A DNA stretch of 20,000 bases from an uncultured virus (IMG/VR IMGVR_UViG_3300028179_000157). Lineage: Duplodnaviria > Heunggongvirae > Uroviricota > Caudoviricetes. The translations under genes were made by a program, and so were the position numbers. The stretch lies in IMG/VR virus record IMGVR_UViG_3300028179_000157, one strand, 5' to 3'. The notes under the pieces are model-generated. The model was not told the origin of the DNA, searched no databases, and worked only from the letters and a program-made list of their open reading frames with translations. Below are positions 1 to 8,993 of the stretch, in pieces; position 1 is the first letter of the stretch, and every line of letters begins with the position of its first letter.

Positions 1-1314
1 AAGGTCTTCGACGACAGCCTGCTGCCCCTGCTGCTGAAACAGATCCGCGAGCTGTTCGACGTCATGACTCCGGAAGATCTCTCCAAGTGGATGAGTCTGC
101 GAGGCAACGCTGGTATCCCCAGTGCCATCTCCGACGCCTACACCGAGGAAGGTCGCTATGGGAGCATCAAGCGCTTCCATGACCGGACCTGCCTGCGTCC
201 TGACTACCGCAACTTCATCTACACCGCTTTGGCATTGCGTTCGCTGATGCCGGTGTTCGGTGAATACATCTCCCGTACCGAGAAGATCAATGGCGCGGTC
301 TTCAAGGAGATGATGGCACTGCCGCTGATCAGCGGAAGCCAGTTGTGGGACATGCCGGGCGTGCAGTGGTTGATCAAGTACGTCGATGCAACGCTGGAGC
401 AGGAGAAGCCTTCTGACTCGGCAATCATCGGCGGTATCGGTCCATCGGAACGACCGGACTGGCTGCTGGCCAAGATCTTGATCCGTCGCCTCACCACCGA
501 AGAGTTCCCGGTGAATGGCGATGACAACAACATCATGATCAACATCTACCACGTCGTACGCAACTCGTTGAAGAACGAGCACAAGAGCTTGATGGGTCCG
601 ATCACCAGCAAGTTCCGCAACGACAGCGACATGGGCGATGATCAAGAGCGCATCTCCCGGTACGAGCAGTACAAGGAACGCACTAATCTCTCCCAAGGTG
701 ACATGGCGCCCAATCGCATCTGGATCGAAGACTACGTCGCAGCCGCTCAGCGACTGGACCCGACGATCGACCAGGCGATGGTGGAGACCTGCGTCAGCTA
801 CGCACGCAAGCAGGATATCACGGTGATCTCCGAGCACACCATGGTCCTGATCAAGTACGTGCTGGATCCGGCCGTATCCTCCAAGAGCATTGATCCGCTC
901 TTGCTGCCCACTACTCTGGTAGCGGCAGGCGTTACCCAAGCACTGCTGTGGCATTGGGGCTTCTTCGATCTGGCCGGCATCGTTACCGCCCGTCGTTTCG
1001 AGGTTCCCGAAGATGCAATGGCTTCTGGTCCTGAGCAACGTAACCGAGTCCCCAAGGACTTGGCCGAGGACTTGACTCGACTGTATCCCCACTATGTAAC
1101 CCCGAAGGGTGGGCGACCGCAGACCGAGCGAAAGAAGAACATGGCATACATCGCCATCGATCTCATGGCAAACCTGATGTTCGGCGCAGAATGGACTCTG
1201 ACCTGTCCGCCGGCGTTGGCCAAACAGACCAACCGTATCACCAATGACAGGATGGTCGCACCAGCGGACCTGAGAGAACAGCTGGCAAGACTCATCATCG
1301 AACGTATCGCGTAA
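1..1314 (+). CDS. Non-virion RNA polymerase fifth (sigma-like) subunit, phiKZ gp68-like; 5'-truncated by the window edge
   Basis: The frame is open from base 1 (KVFDDSLLPLLLKQIRELFDVM...), so ATG 64 is not the true start. The sequence pattern (IPSAISDAY..EG....RTCLRPDY..F...L.LRSLMPVFGEY) and the position directly upstream of the gp69/gp70/beta/beta'/helicase block match phiKZ-like synteny as I recall it. Confidence 0.7.
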   Translation, partial: KVFDDSLLPLLLKQIRELFDVMTPEDLSKWMSLRGNAGIPSAISDAYTEEGRYGSIKRFHDRTCLRPDYRNFIYTALALRSLMPVFGEYISRTEKINGAVFKEMMALPLISGSQLWDMPGVQWLIKYVDATLEQEKPSDSAIIGGIGPSERPDWLLAKILIRRLTTEEFPVNGDDNNIMINIYHVVRNSLKNEHKSLMGPITSKFRNDSDMGDDQERISRYEQYKERTNLSQGDMAPNRIWIEDYVAAAQRLDPTIDQAMVETCVSYARKQDITVISEHTMVLIKYVLDPAVSSKSIDPLLLPTTLVAAGVTQALLWHWGFFDLAGIVTARRFEVPEDAMASGPEQRNRVPKDLAEDLTRLYPHYVTPKGGRPQTERKKNMAYIAIDLMANLMFGAEWTLTCPPALAKQTNRITNDRMVAPADLREQLARLIIERIA

Positions 1315-1332
1315 CGGAGTAAAGACAAGAGC

Positions 1333-2604
1333 ATGGCACGCAAAACTCGCATCATCCAACTTCTGTTCCGGGAGACTGGAACCTACCAGACGATGCAGGC
1401 ACGTCCCTACGTCGCCGAGATTGACGGACACGACCTGATCAGTTTCGCTGAACGCACCGATGACGGTTCGAACTTCAGCCGCGAAGCATTGGCCGGACTG
1501 GCTGGTAGCATCCTCTCACCGCAGGCCCACAGCGCTGGCGAAGTTGACATCGCCGGTGGTTACGGCAACAAGCGCTACCGCTTCATCATGGAAGTCAGCC
1601 ATGAAGATCGCTTCGGCGGTGGACACCGTCAGGTGTTCTCGGGTTACACCGACTACATGGGTGCCGACTCCCGCACCCGCCGTGGCGATCAGGTTTCCAT
1701 CGACCGGAACATGAAGCTGTACCTCAACAGCGTCATGACCATCCGCGACGTGGTGGACCACAGCAGCAATCGTCGCGACACCATGTCCACGGTGTTCGAG
1801 AACTCCCACATCCTGTCGGGCCTTTACAAGCCGAGCCTGCGACAGGACGAAGGTTCCATGGACGTGCGCATGCGGCCGGAAGACGTCTTCGCTTCGATGA
1901 CGTTCAGTTCGTTCAAGTCCTCCCGCCGTTCCACCAACGACGTGGTGCACGACACGCGAACCTCCTTCGCCGACGGCATCTGCAAGTCGCGCCGTTCCAA
2001 CTCGACCGCTGCCAACTACCTGAGTGACCTGTTGACCACCTACAGTCGCACGACGGACAACATGCAGTACGAGAACACCGATCGTTACAAGAAGCTGGAA
2101 TCGGCTCGCGGCGCCATCGCCGAGAACTACATCACGGATGACCTGTTCCTGGGTCCGCTGTACCGTGAGACCAGCCTGAAGACCGGCAACTGGATCACCT
2201 TCCAGGAACTGATCGACATCGATCCGGACGTGGAGCGCGATGAAGTCACCCAGGTTCACCACAGCAAGGTGATCCATCGTGACAGCACCCGCCTGCGTGA
2301 TCGCAACGACGACCAGGATGACTGGGCCGACGTCAACAACGAGACCGTGGCAGCAACCATGCTGTCGCACGCGGTCCCGGCGATCATGATGGACCTCACG
2401 CTGACCCAGGTGGCGTTCATTGCTACCAACCGTACCCGTGACAACCGTCCCGAAGTGCACCCGACCGGCGGCCGCATGTTCAGCAAGCATGTGGACAAGG
2501 TTCCCGAGAAGGTCATGAACGTCTTCCTGAACCGCCTGGAAGATGAAGTGCTGCGCGACATCTCCAACCGTGGTCGTATCGACTACGACACAAAGTGCGC
2601 GTGA
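1333..2604 (+). CDS. picA: phiKZ gp69-like protein (PicA/Imp1 phage-nucleus import factor), N-terminal 423 aa; frame ends prematurely at TGA 2602-2604
   Basis: GGAG at 1316-1319 lies upstream of ATG 1333 and codon usage is phage-typical. It sits immediately after the gp68-like gene. The motifs TGTYQ..Q.RPY, IAGGY...RYRF.MEV, FSGYTDY and MRPEDVF resemble gp69-family proteins from memory; unconfirmed. Confidence 0.6.
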   Translation: MARKTRIIQLLFRETGTYQTMQARPYVAEIDGHDLISFAERTDDGSNFSREALAGLAGSILSPQAHSAGEVDIAGGYGNKRYRFIMEVSHEDRFGGGHRQVFSGYTDYMGADSRTRRGDQVSIDRNMKLYLNSVMTIRDVVDHSSNRRDTMSTVFENSHILSGLYKPSLRQDEGSMDVRMRPEDVFASMTFSSFKSSRRSTNDVVHDTRTSFADGICKSRRSNSTAANYLSDLLTTYSRTTDNMQYENTDRYKKLESARGAIAENYITDDLFLGPLYRETSLKTGNWITFQELIDIDPDVERDEVTQVHHSKVIHRDSTRLRDRNDDQDDWADVNNETVAATMLSHAVPAIMMDLTLTQVAFIATNRTRDNRPEVHPTGGRMFSKHVDKVPEKVMNVFLNRLEDEVLRDISNRGRIDYDTKCA

Positions 2605-2912
2605 ACGTGTTCGGCGACTCGATCATCAAGATCTCCCTGCTGGGCGGTCGACATCACGAGTTCGTTGTACCGTCCTTCAGCGATGCCGGCTTCGTGCCGG
2701 TGCTGGCCCGTAGCAGCAGTGCTCTGGCCAGCCTCGCCCAGGAACTGACGGAGCTTACCTCCACCGTCGATGCCAATGCAGCGGCACGTAACAACTTCAG
2801 GTCGAACTTCATGGGCACCCGTGATGACGACACCATCGACGATCGACCCACCAATAGCGGCCGTAGCCGCTGGACCGAGAATGACCGCAATGACGCTGAT
2901 TCCGTTCTATAG
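2592..2912 (+). CDS. C-terminal continuation of the gp69/PicA-like protein in the -1 frame (KVRVNVFGDSIIKISLLGG...PSFSD...)
   Basis: It overlaps the end of the 1333 ORF in the -1 frame, has the same codon bias and no clear RBS, and fills the gap up to the next gene. Joined length is about 526 aa. Confidence 0.6.
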   Translation, partial: KVRVNVFGDSIIKISLLGGRHHEFVVPSFSDAGFVPVLARSSSALASLAQELTELTSTVDANAAARNNFRSNFMGTRDDDTIDDRPTNSGRSRWTENDRNDADSVL

Positions 2913-4308
2913 TTCCTTGCTCGATTCGCTCAACGTTGTACAGAGCGATGATGGCAAGCTTTCCCTGCTCGTCGGCAACGAAGAGCGCCCGCTGCTGATC
3001 AGCGGCAAACGTGCGGCCATGCCGATCGCTGAAGTGCTGCGTGGCGGCATCGATGATGGCGTCGTGGTATTCCATCCGCTGTCGGAGAAGATCTTCCGCG
3101 GCGAATCGGAAGTCCTGAAGAAGCTGAAGGAGCTGGTGACCCTGCGACTGGGCACCGCTCTGACGCTGACGATGGCGCACATCCTGGACATCGCCGCAGA
3201 ACCCGAGCAGCACAAGAAGCTGCCGCCGCAGGCCATCAAGCTGCTGCGCAACCTGCCCGACGCTGACGACAAGTTGGTCAAGACCTTCGAGAAGATCACC
3301 GAGACCTTCGCCGAGCACAAGGAGCACCGGCCGTTCAAGCTGTTCCTGCGCAAGAGCGGCGTGATCGGTGATACCACCTACAGCCGTGTGGCCAAGGTGG
3401 ACTTCCCGTACATCGACCAGATCGATCTGGAAAAGACCGACCTGTTCGGCTTGAAGGTCCGCAAGCGTGATCCGAAGGCGCTGTTCAACCTGATGGATAT
3501 CGTGGTGCCTGGCTGCGCGGTGCCCAACACCTACAGCTACGGCAGCAACGCGCTGATCGCTCCCAACTTCGATGCCCTGATGCGTGCCTACCACAAGGTG
3601 GCCAAGCAGATCAACGAAGTCAGCGAGCTGTTCCGCGACAAGAACGAGGAAGTCAATGAGCTGTACATCGACCTGAGCTGGTTCGATGGCATGGACGACC
3701 TCGACAACCTTGCCGTGCAGGTGCCCTCGATGTCGGGCAACGAAGGCAACGTGGCCATCGAAGAACGTGCACCGGGTGATGACAAGGAACGCGAGAAGCC
3801 GGTCGAACCGGAACGCGTGCCGGAAACCCGCCGCAACGAAGAACGCGACGATCGTGATGATCGACGTGATCCGCTGCGTGACAACCGTGGTGACCGCGAG
3901 TTCTCCGAATCGCGCGATCGCTACCGTCGTGAACGTGATGAAAGCCGTGGCCGTGATCGTGACCGTCGTGATGACGAACGCGAACCGGCCCGTAGCAGTC
4001 TCACCGACCGCTACACCGGCAAGGCGGATAGCGCCCCTTTCCGCGACTCGTCGTCGTCCAGGGATCGCGACGATTCGAGGTACGGAAGCCGGCGCGATGG
4101 CTCCTCCGAGCGCGCTGGATATCATCAGAGGCCTCGGAATGGCTGGCGTTCTGATGATCGCGACGATCGTGGTCGTGATCGTGACTACCACTACCGCGGT
4201 GAGCGCGATCGCGATGATCGTGATGACCGTCGTAGCAGTCGGCGTGACCGTGATGACCGTTACGACCGCGATGACCGCGGCCGTGGACGTCGTGACCGTC
4301 GCTACTGA
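2890..4308 (+). CDS. phiKZ gp70-like conserved protein with an Arg/Asp-rich low-complexity C-terminal tail
   Basis: Long ORF with good codon usage. The likely start is ATG 2881 or 2890, since the upstream part of the track ORF shadows the 2595-2912 ORF. It has a globular N-terminal ~290 aa followed by an RD-rich tail and a terminator. Synteny fits. Confidence 0.65.
   Translation: MTLIPFYSSLLDSLNVVQSDDGKLSLLVGNEERPLLISGKRAAMPIAEVLRGGIDDGVVVFHPLSEKIFRGESEVLKKLKELVTLRLGTALTLTMAHILDIAAEPEQHKKLPPQAIKLLRNLPDADDKLVKTFEKITETFAEHKEHRPFKLFLRKSGVIGDTTYSRVAKVDFPYIDQIDLEKTDLFGLKVRKRDPKALFNLMDIVVPGCAVPNTYSYGSNALIAPNFDALMRAYHKVAKQINEVSELFRDKNEEVNELYIDLSWFDGMDDLDNLAVQVPSMSGNEGNVAIEERAPGDDKEREKPVEPERVPETRRNEERDDRDDRRDPLRDNRGDREFSESRDRYRRERDESRGRDRDRRDDEREPARSSLTDRYTGKADSAPFRDSSSSRDRDDSRYGSRRDGSSERAGYHQRPRNGWRSDDRDDRGRDRDYHYRGERDRDDRDDRRSSRRDRDDRYDRDDRGRGRRDRRY
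3830..4305 (+). repeat. Low-complexity coding repeat (CGT/CGC-GAT/GAC; RDDRDDR-type)
   Basis: Recurrent gatcgtgatgaccgt/cgcgacgatcgt units encode RDDRDDRR, RDRDRRDD and RDRDDRYDRDDRGRG. Confidence 0.85.
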
Positions 4309-4317
4309 GTAACGGCA

Positions 4318-4352
4318 TAGGCGGGGGGATAAACCCCCCCGCTTATTTTTTT
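4318..4352 (+). terminator. Rho-independent terminator between convergent genes
   Basis: Stem GCGGGGGG / CCCCCCGC followed by TTATTTTTTT, just after the stop at 4308. Confidence 0.85.
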
Positions 4353-4361
4353 GCCTTCGAC

Positions 4362-4721
4362 TCACTGGCCAGAGGTCATCAGAGTGCGCTTCTCGGTGAT
4401 GTAGCGAGACCGCAGCTTCTCGATAACTTGAGAAGACGGAACCCGCAGAACCGTTTCGGTCCCAAGGAAGTCTTCATTGCTGCGCATGTTGTTGACGCGC
4501 ATGACAATGTGGTGCATGAAGCGTGGCACATCCATGGCGGTGAGCAAGCCTGCCAGATCGCCTTCATTCTTCCACCCGTGACGTTCAGGCACAGGCATCA
4601 ACGTCGTCGAGGCGTCCCGACGCAACAGCCCCAGGTGAGACTCAATCATCCGGATGAAGTCAGGGTCGTAGTAGATATCGAGCCCGTCGTCTCGTTTCGT
4701 TCTGCGTAGACTCGATTGCAT
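4362..4721 (-). CDS. Small conserved jumbo-phage protein, possibly LysM-like or T4 gp53 baseplate-wedge-like
   Basis: GGAG RBS 5 nt before the ATG on the minus strand. The pattern EGDLAGLL...VP...HHIVMRVNNM....DF.G....LRVPS is reminiscent of LysM/gp53-type 'I..xN.......G..L.IP'. Function is an inference. Confidence 0.6.
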   Translation of the reverse strand: MQSSLRRTKRDDGLDIYYDPDFIRMIESHLGLLRRDASTTLMPVPERHGWKNEGDLAGLLTAMDVPRFMHHIVMRVNNMRSNEDFLGTETVLRVPSSQVIEKLRSRYITEKRTLMTSGQ

Positions 4722-4741
4722 GACCGCTCCAAAAGAAAAAA

Positions 4742-4762
4742 GTACAAACCTATATCATTCAT
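4742..4762 (+). promoter_or_regulatory. Candidate phage promoter (partial match to the early-type motif) upstream of the nvRNAP beta gene
   Basis: GTACA-AACC-TATATCAT follows an A-rich tract in an AT-rich intergenic gap. It resembles the motifs at 18879 and 19209 and the phiKZ early TATATTAC core. Confidence 0.4.
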
Positions 4763-4813
4763 TAGCAGAAGAGATTTGAAGTCTGCATTCGCTAGGTTAA
4801 CGGAGCACCAAGA

Positions 4814-6925
4814 ATGTCCGAGCATTCGCACGACTTTCACAACCCCAAAGGTCGTGAACAGTTGTCCCCGCAATTGCTGGGGTTGAGTTCGCTCAACAGC
4901 TTTCCCGCAGAAACATCATCCTCACGTGCGCAGATGTGGACATCGCACATGGGGCAGACCCAGGTAGTAAAGGGAGCATGTCCGCCTGTAATTGCCACTG
5001 GCACGGAGTGGGATTACGGTCAGTACACCTTCAACATCAAGATGCCGTGCAATGCGATCATTCGCAAAGTCATTCCCAAATACAACACGCGCACGGTCGG
5101 TTACGAGTCCATCCGCGAGAACCCATCCACGCTGGTGATCTTCGAAGATGCCGACAGCCGCGCTGGCCGCATCGACTGCATCGAGATCCCCCGCCACTGC
5201 ATCCACCATCAGCACTTCGGGTTCATCTATGTTCCCACGGCCGCTGAGAAGATGCTCTACGAAGGTGCAGCCATCGAGGAAGGCACGATCCTCGCAGACT
5301 CGCCCAACGTAGATGAGAACGGCGACTACAACTTCGGCATTGAGGCGCAGGTAGCCCTGATGTCGTTGCCGGGCGTCATCGAGGACGGCATCATCGTCAG
5401 CGAAGACTTCCTGGAGTCGATCACCTCAGTTGGCATCGAGACCCGTACCTTCAGCTTCGGCAAGAAGCGTTTCCCGCTGAACATGTACGGCCGTGACTCC
5501 GGTGACTACCGTCCGTTCCCCGAGATCGGTCAGGCGGTTGCTGAAGATGGCATCGTGTGCGCACTGCGTGAGTACGATCCGATCCTTGCCCCGATCCACA
5601 TGTCTCCCCAGGCACTGCGGACTCCGGATGCTCCCCACGATGACGTGATCTACGCACCGCCCGGTGCTATCGTGCGTGACATCCAGGTGTGGCATGACAA
5701 CCGTCGTTCCTCGGCACCGCCGACTCCGGTGGGTATGGAAGTACAGCCGGCACGCTATCACTCGGCGGCATCGCGCTATTACAAGGCGATCATCGACACC
5801 GTGGAAGGCGTGGAACGTGAGCGCAAGCGCGCAGGTCGTCCGTTCCAGTTGGGCGAGCGGCTGGAGGAAGTGATGGTCAAGGCCATCGCTGATGATCCCA
5901 GCAACGGCGGCGATCAGAAGATCACCTACACCTACCGCAACGAACCGCTGGATGACTGGCGTGTCGAGATCACTCTGGAATATCCGGTGATCCCCGACAT
6001 CGGTTCCAAGGCGACCGGGCAGGATGGTGACAAGGGCGTCTTCGTGGAAGTGCGCAAGCGTGAAGAAATGCCGGTGGACATGCACGGCAATCGCGCTGAC
6101 ATCGTCATGGATGCTGAGTCTGGCATCAAGCGCATGAACATGGGCCGTCTGTACCGTCAGTACTTCGCATCGTCCTGCCTGTACCACACCGGCGTGGTGC
6201 GTGACATGTACGACAAGAAGGTGCCGATCGAAGAGATCTGGGACTTCATGCTGGGCTACTACGCCATCTGCTCCCCGATCAAGCACCAGCTCCTGACCAG
6301 CGCAAGCTACCAGGGCACGCCCGAAGAGCACATCCGTTCCATCGTCAAGGATCAGATCCGTCTGACCATCCCGTGTGACAACCCGGCACGTTCCATCGAC
6401 ATGGTGCGTGAGCTGGAGAAAGCCTACCCGACGCCGTATGGTCCGGTGAGCTTCATCGGCAAGCGGGGCAACAAGATCACCACCAAGAACAAGGTGCGGA
6501 TCGGCGGGCTGTATATCCTGGTGCTGGAAAAGACGGGTAACGACTGGGCAGCAGTATCGTCCGGCAAGACCAGCCACTTCGGGTTCCCGGCCAAGCGTAC
6601 GCAGCGTGACCGCTACAGTGAACCGGGTCGTACCGGCTCCACTCGCGTGGGCGGTGAGGCGGAAGTCCGTCTGGGTGAAGCAATTGCCCAAGGTACGTTC
6701 GCTGAACTGATCGAGCAGTCCAACAGCCCGGTAACGCACGGCAACATCGTGTTCAACATTCTGACCCACCCAACGCCGAGCAACATGGATACGGCAGTGG
6801 ATCGGAACATTGCACCGCGCGGCCAAGGGCGCAACCTGCGATTCCCGAAGCACATCTTCGGATGCTTCGGCTTCAGGATGATTCAGGTTGATCCCGAAAC
6901 GGGTGAAACCCTCCAGCGTCTGTGA
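4814..6925 (+). CDS. Non-virion RNA polymerase beta subunit, C-terminal part (phiKZ gp71-73-like), uninterrupted
   Basis: RpoB-like motifs are present: SSRAQMWTSHMGQ, IEDGIIVSE, GSKATGQDGDKGV (cf. GDKxxGRHGNKGV), MP...G.RADIVM, KRMNMGR (cf. SRMNIGQ), YILVLEK and RVGGEAEVR (cf. RFGEME). GGAG RBS at 4802-4805. Confidence 0.92.
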   Translation: MSEHSHDFHNPKGREQLSPQLLGLSSLNSFPAETSSSRAQMWTSHMGQTQVVKGACPPVIATGTEWDYGQYTFNIKMPCNAIIRKVIPKYNTRTVGYESIRENPSTLVIFEDADSRAGRIDCIEIPRHCIHHQHFGFIYVPTAAEKMLYEGAAIEEGTILADSPNVDENGDYNFGIEAQVALMSLPGVIEDGIIVSEDFLESITSVGIETRTFSFGKKRFPLNMYGRDSGDYRPFPEIGQAVAEDGIVCALREYDPILAPIHMSPQALRTPDAPHDDVIYAPPGAIVRDIQVWHDNRRSSAPPTPVGMEVQPARYHSAASRYYKAIIDTVEGVERERKRAGRPFQLGERLEEVMVKAIADDPSNGGDQKITYTYRNEPLDDWRVEITLEYPVIPDIGSKATGQDGDKGVFVEVRKREEMPVDMHGNRADIVMDAESGIKRMNMGRLYRQYFASSCLYHTGVVRDMYDKKVPIEEIWDFMLGYYAICSPIKHQLLTSASYQGTPEEHIRSIVKDQIRLTIPCDNPARSIDMVRELEKAYPTPYGPVSFIGKRGNKITTKNKVRIGGLYILVLEKTGNDWAAVSSGKTSHFGFPAKRTQRDRYSEPGRTGSTRVGGEAEVRLGEAIAQGTFAELIEQSNSPVTHGNIVFNILTHPTPSNMDTAVDRNIAPRGQGRNLRFPKHIFGCFGFRMIQVDPETGETLQRL

Positions 6926-6930
6926 GGACT

Positions 6931-8883
6931 ATGAGCAAGTATTACAAGGCAAGGGACGTCGCAGCGATGTCCCACGACGAACTCTGGGATATTCCCGATG
7001 GCCTGCACGAGGTCGAGTTCGACGACGGAACTGTGGAGGTCAAGGGTCGCTACCTGATCCTGTCCTCCTACATCTGGCGATTCGTCAACGAGTGGCCTGA
7101 CGCACCGCTGCTGAAGGAGCACTTGTACTCGGAGAAGGAGTTCTCCAACAAGGCCTTCCTGAAGCTGCTGGGCACCATGCTGTTCAACGTGTTTGACACG
7201 TACGACATGCGGCGTGACCCGGCTAACATCGAGGATCTGTGCAAGTACTTGTACGAGATCGTCAATGCGGTGTTCAACAACTTCACGCTGAACTGTGAAG
7301 AGAACGCAACCTCCCTCGATATCCTGGACTTGATCGAGGTGGTGGACTACCCGGAGATCGCAGCAGCCAAGGCTGCGGCACTGCCCACCCAGCGCGGCAT
7401 CAAGAAGGCCCACGCGGCTATCAAGGATTCCCTGCTGGATGCGGAAGATCTCAGCCACAACGCCACGGCGAAGATTGCCCGGCGTCTGCTGGTTTCGATC
7501 GACCAGATCATCCAGTGTATCGGCCCCCGCGGCTTCATTACCGATATCGCATCGGTGACGTTCCGCGAGCCGGTGATGTCCGGCTACATCGAAGGTCTGA
7601 ACACGCTGTACGAGTTCATGATCGAGGCGCAGTCGGCTTCCAAGTCGCTGCTGTTCAACAAGGATCCGTTGGCTGACTCGGAGTACCACAACCGTAAGCA
7701 GCAGCTGTCTGCTAACGTGGTGCGCCGTGTGGAACGTGGTGATTGCGGTACGCCGTACTACACCACCTTCAACATCAAGGCCAGCGACCTTCGTGCATTT
7801 GCGGGCAAGTACTACTACGGCGATGACGGCAAGCTGTTGACGCTGAAGGAAACCGACCGCCACCTGCACGGTGCCAAGATCAAGATGCGCTCGGTGCCGC
7901 ATTGCCAGCACAAGGATCACGGTACGGTCTGCTCGACGTGCTTTGGTGAGTTGTGGATCTCCATCCCCGACGAAACCAACCTGGGCCATGTGGCAGCAAC
8001 GGTCTTCTGTAAGCTGATCTCTCAGCTGATCCTGTCCACCAAGCATTTGGATAGCAATGCCTCGGTGGATGAGATCAACATCAGCGACATGGACAAGATG
8101 TACATCCAGGTTGCCGATGACCCCAACCAGATCCAGTTCACGGAAATGATGGGGAAGCAGAAGTTCAAGATGGTGATCCATGCATCGGAAGCCAAGTACC
8201 TGTCCGACGTCAACTTCGTGTCGGAAGTGGATCAGCTGCCGATCTCCCGCATGAGCGAAATGACGGCTGTAAAGTTGGTCATCGGAGAAGGATCTAATGT
8301 ACAGGTTATGGTCGTCCCGGTTGAGATGAATGGTCGCAAGGCCTACTTGACCTACGACATCCTGGACTACATCAAGCGCAAGAGCTGGACGATCAACCAC
8401 GAAGGCAACATCGTGATCGACATGTCCGAGTTCGATGTGAACAAGGCTGCTTTCGAGCTGCCCCAGCGTCACATCAACATGGTCGACTACATGCGCTGGA
8501 TGGAAGCGTTCCTGCGATCCTCCGGTCGTTCCGAGCGTAAGAAGATGGGTATCGAGAAGCGCCGCGTGCTGAGTGACTTCAACAGCATTGACGCTGCGTT
8601 GGCCGAACTGTATGAGATGGCCAGCTCCAAGCTGACCGTCCCGATCGCATACCTGGAAGTGCTGATGTACTCCACCATGGTGCGTGATCCGGCCAATCGC
8701 GACCATCGACTGCCCAAGGGCGGTGACCCGATTCACTTCGGTACGTTCGGCGACAACATGACCCGTCGTTCCTTGACTGGTCCGCTGGCGTATCAGGATC
8801 AGATCGGCGTCATCACCGACGTGGAGTCCTACATCCTGCGGCATCGTCCGCCGCATGTGCTGGATGAGATGGTTATCGGCTAA
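6931..8883 (+). CDS. Non-virion RNA polymerase beta' subunit, C-terminal part (phiKZ gp74-like)
   Basis: RpoC-like motifs are present: QCIGPRG, bridge helix SASKSLLFNKDPLADSEYHNRKQQL, DCGT, Zn site RSVPHC...VCSTCFG, and trigger loop GHVAAT...ISQLILSTKH. GAGG RBS before ATG 6931. Confidence 0.92.
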   Translation: MSKYYKARDVAAMSHDELWDIPDGLHEVEFDDGTVEVKGRYLILSSYIWRFVNEWPDAPLLKEHLYSEKEFSNKAFLKLLGTMLFNVFDTYDMRRDPANIEDLCKYLYEIVNAVFNNFTLNCEENATSLDILDLIEVVDYPEIAAAKAAALPTQRGIKKAHAAIKDSLLDAEDLSHNATAKIARRLLVSIDQIIQCIGPRGFITDIASVTFREPVMSGYIEGLNTLYEFMIEAQSASKSLLFNKDPLADSEYHNRKQQLSANVVRRVERGDCGTPYYTTFNIKASDLRAFAGKYYYGDDGKLLTLKETDRHLHGAKIKMRSVPHCQHKDHGTVCSTCFGELWISIPDETNLGHVAATVFCKLISQLILSTKHLDSNASVDEINISDMDKMYIQVADDPNQIQFTEMMGKQKFKMVIHASEAKYLSDVNFVSEVDQLPISRMSEMTAVKLVIGEGSNVQVMVVPVEMNGRKAYLTYDILDYIKRKSWTINHEGNIVIDMSEFDVNKAAFELPQRHINMVDYMRWMEAFLRSSGRSERKKMGIEKRRVLSDFNSIDAALAELYEMASSKLTVPIAYLEVLMYSTMVRDPANRDHRLPKGGDPIHFGTFGDNMTRRSLTGPLAYQDQIGVITDVESYILRHRPPHVLDEMVIG

Positions 8884-8889
8884 GTGTAA

Positions 8890-8983
8890 GGAGGGCTGGG
8901 CAACTAGCCCTCCATGTAACAGGCGGCACCTCTGGACGGGGGACTTCGGTCCCCCACGTTCACGGGTACAGGTTTTTTCTTTT
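8890..8983 (+). terminator. Tandem intergenic hairpins (possible terminator or processing signal)
   Basis: GGAGGGCTGG/CTAGCCCTCC at 8890-8913, then GGGGGAC-TTCG-GTCCCCC at 8938-8955 (cUUCGg tetraloop). The T-tract at 8973-8983 is separated from the stem. Confidence 0.5.
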
Positions 8984-8993
8984 GGAGATATCC

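Noticed and set aside
2770..2880. N-terminal extension of the 512-aa track ORF
   Set aside because: It overlaps the better-supported 2595-2912 coding frame; the real start is more likely 2881 or 2890.
3830..4305. Repetitive DNA as a possible CRISPR array or non-coding tandem repeat
   Set aside because: There is no constant repeat with unique spacers; the repetition is explained by Arg/Asp codons.
5426..8856. Long antisense ORFs (475 aa and 657 aa) opposite the RNAP genes, and similar ones at 1516-2490, 2809-4365, 13475-15175, 15735-16547, 16537-17358 and 17503-18756
   Set aside because: These are shadow ORFs from strong codon bias on the coding strand. They are V/H/D/Q-rich, lack an RBS or motifs, and mirror the real genes.
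4814..8883. Bacterial rpoB/rpoC operon
   Set aside because: The subunits are fragmentary and highly diverged, and a second beta'-like fragment lies at 16540; this fits phiKZ-type split RNAPs.
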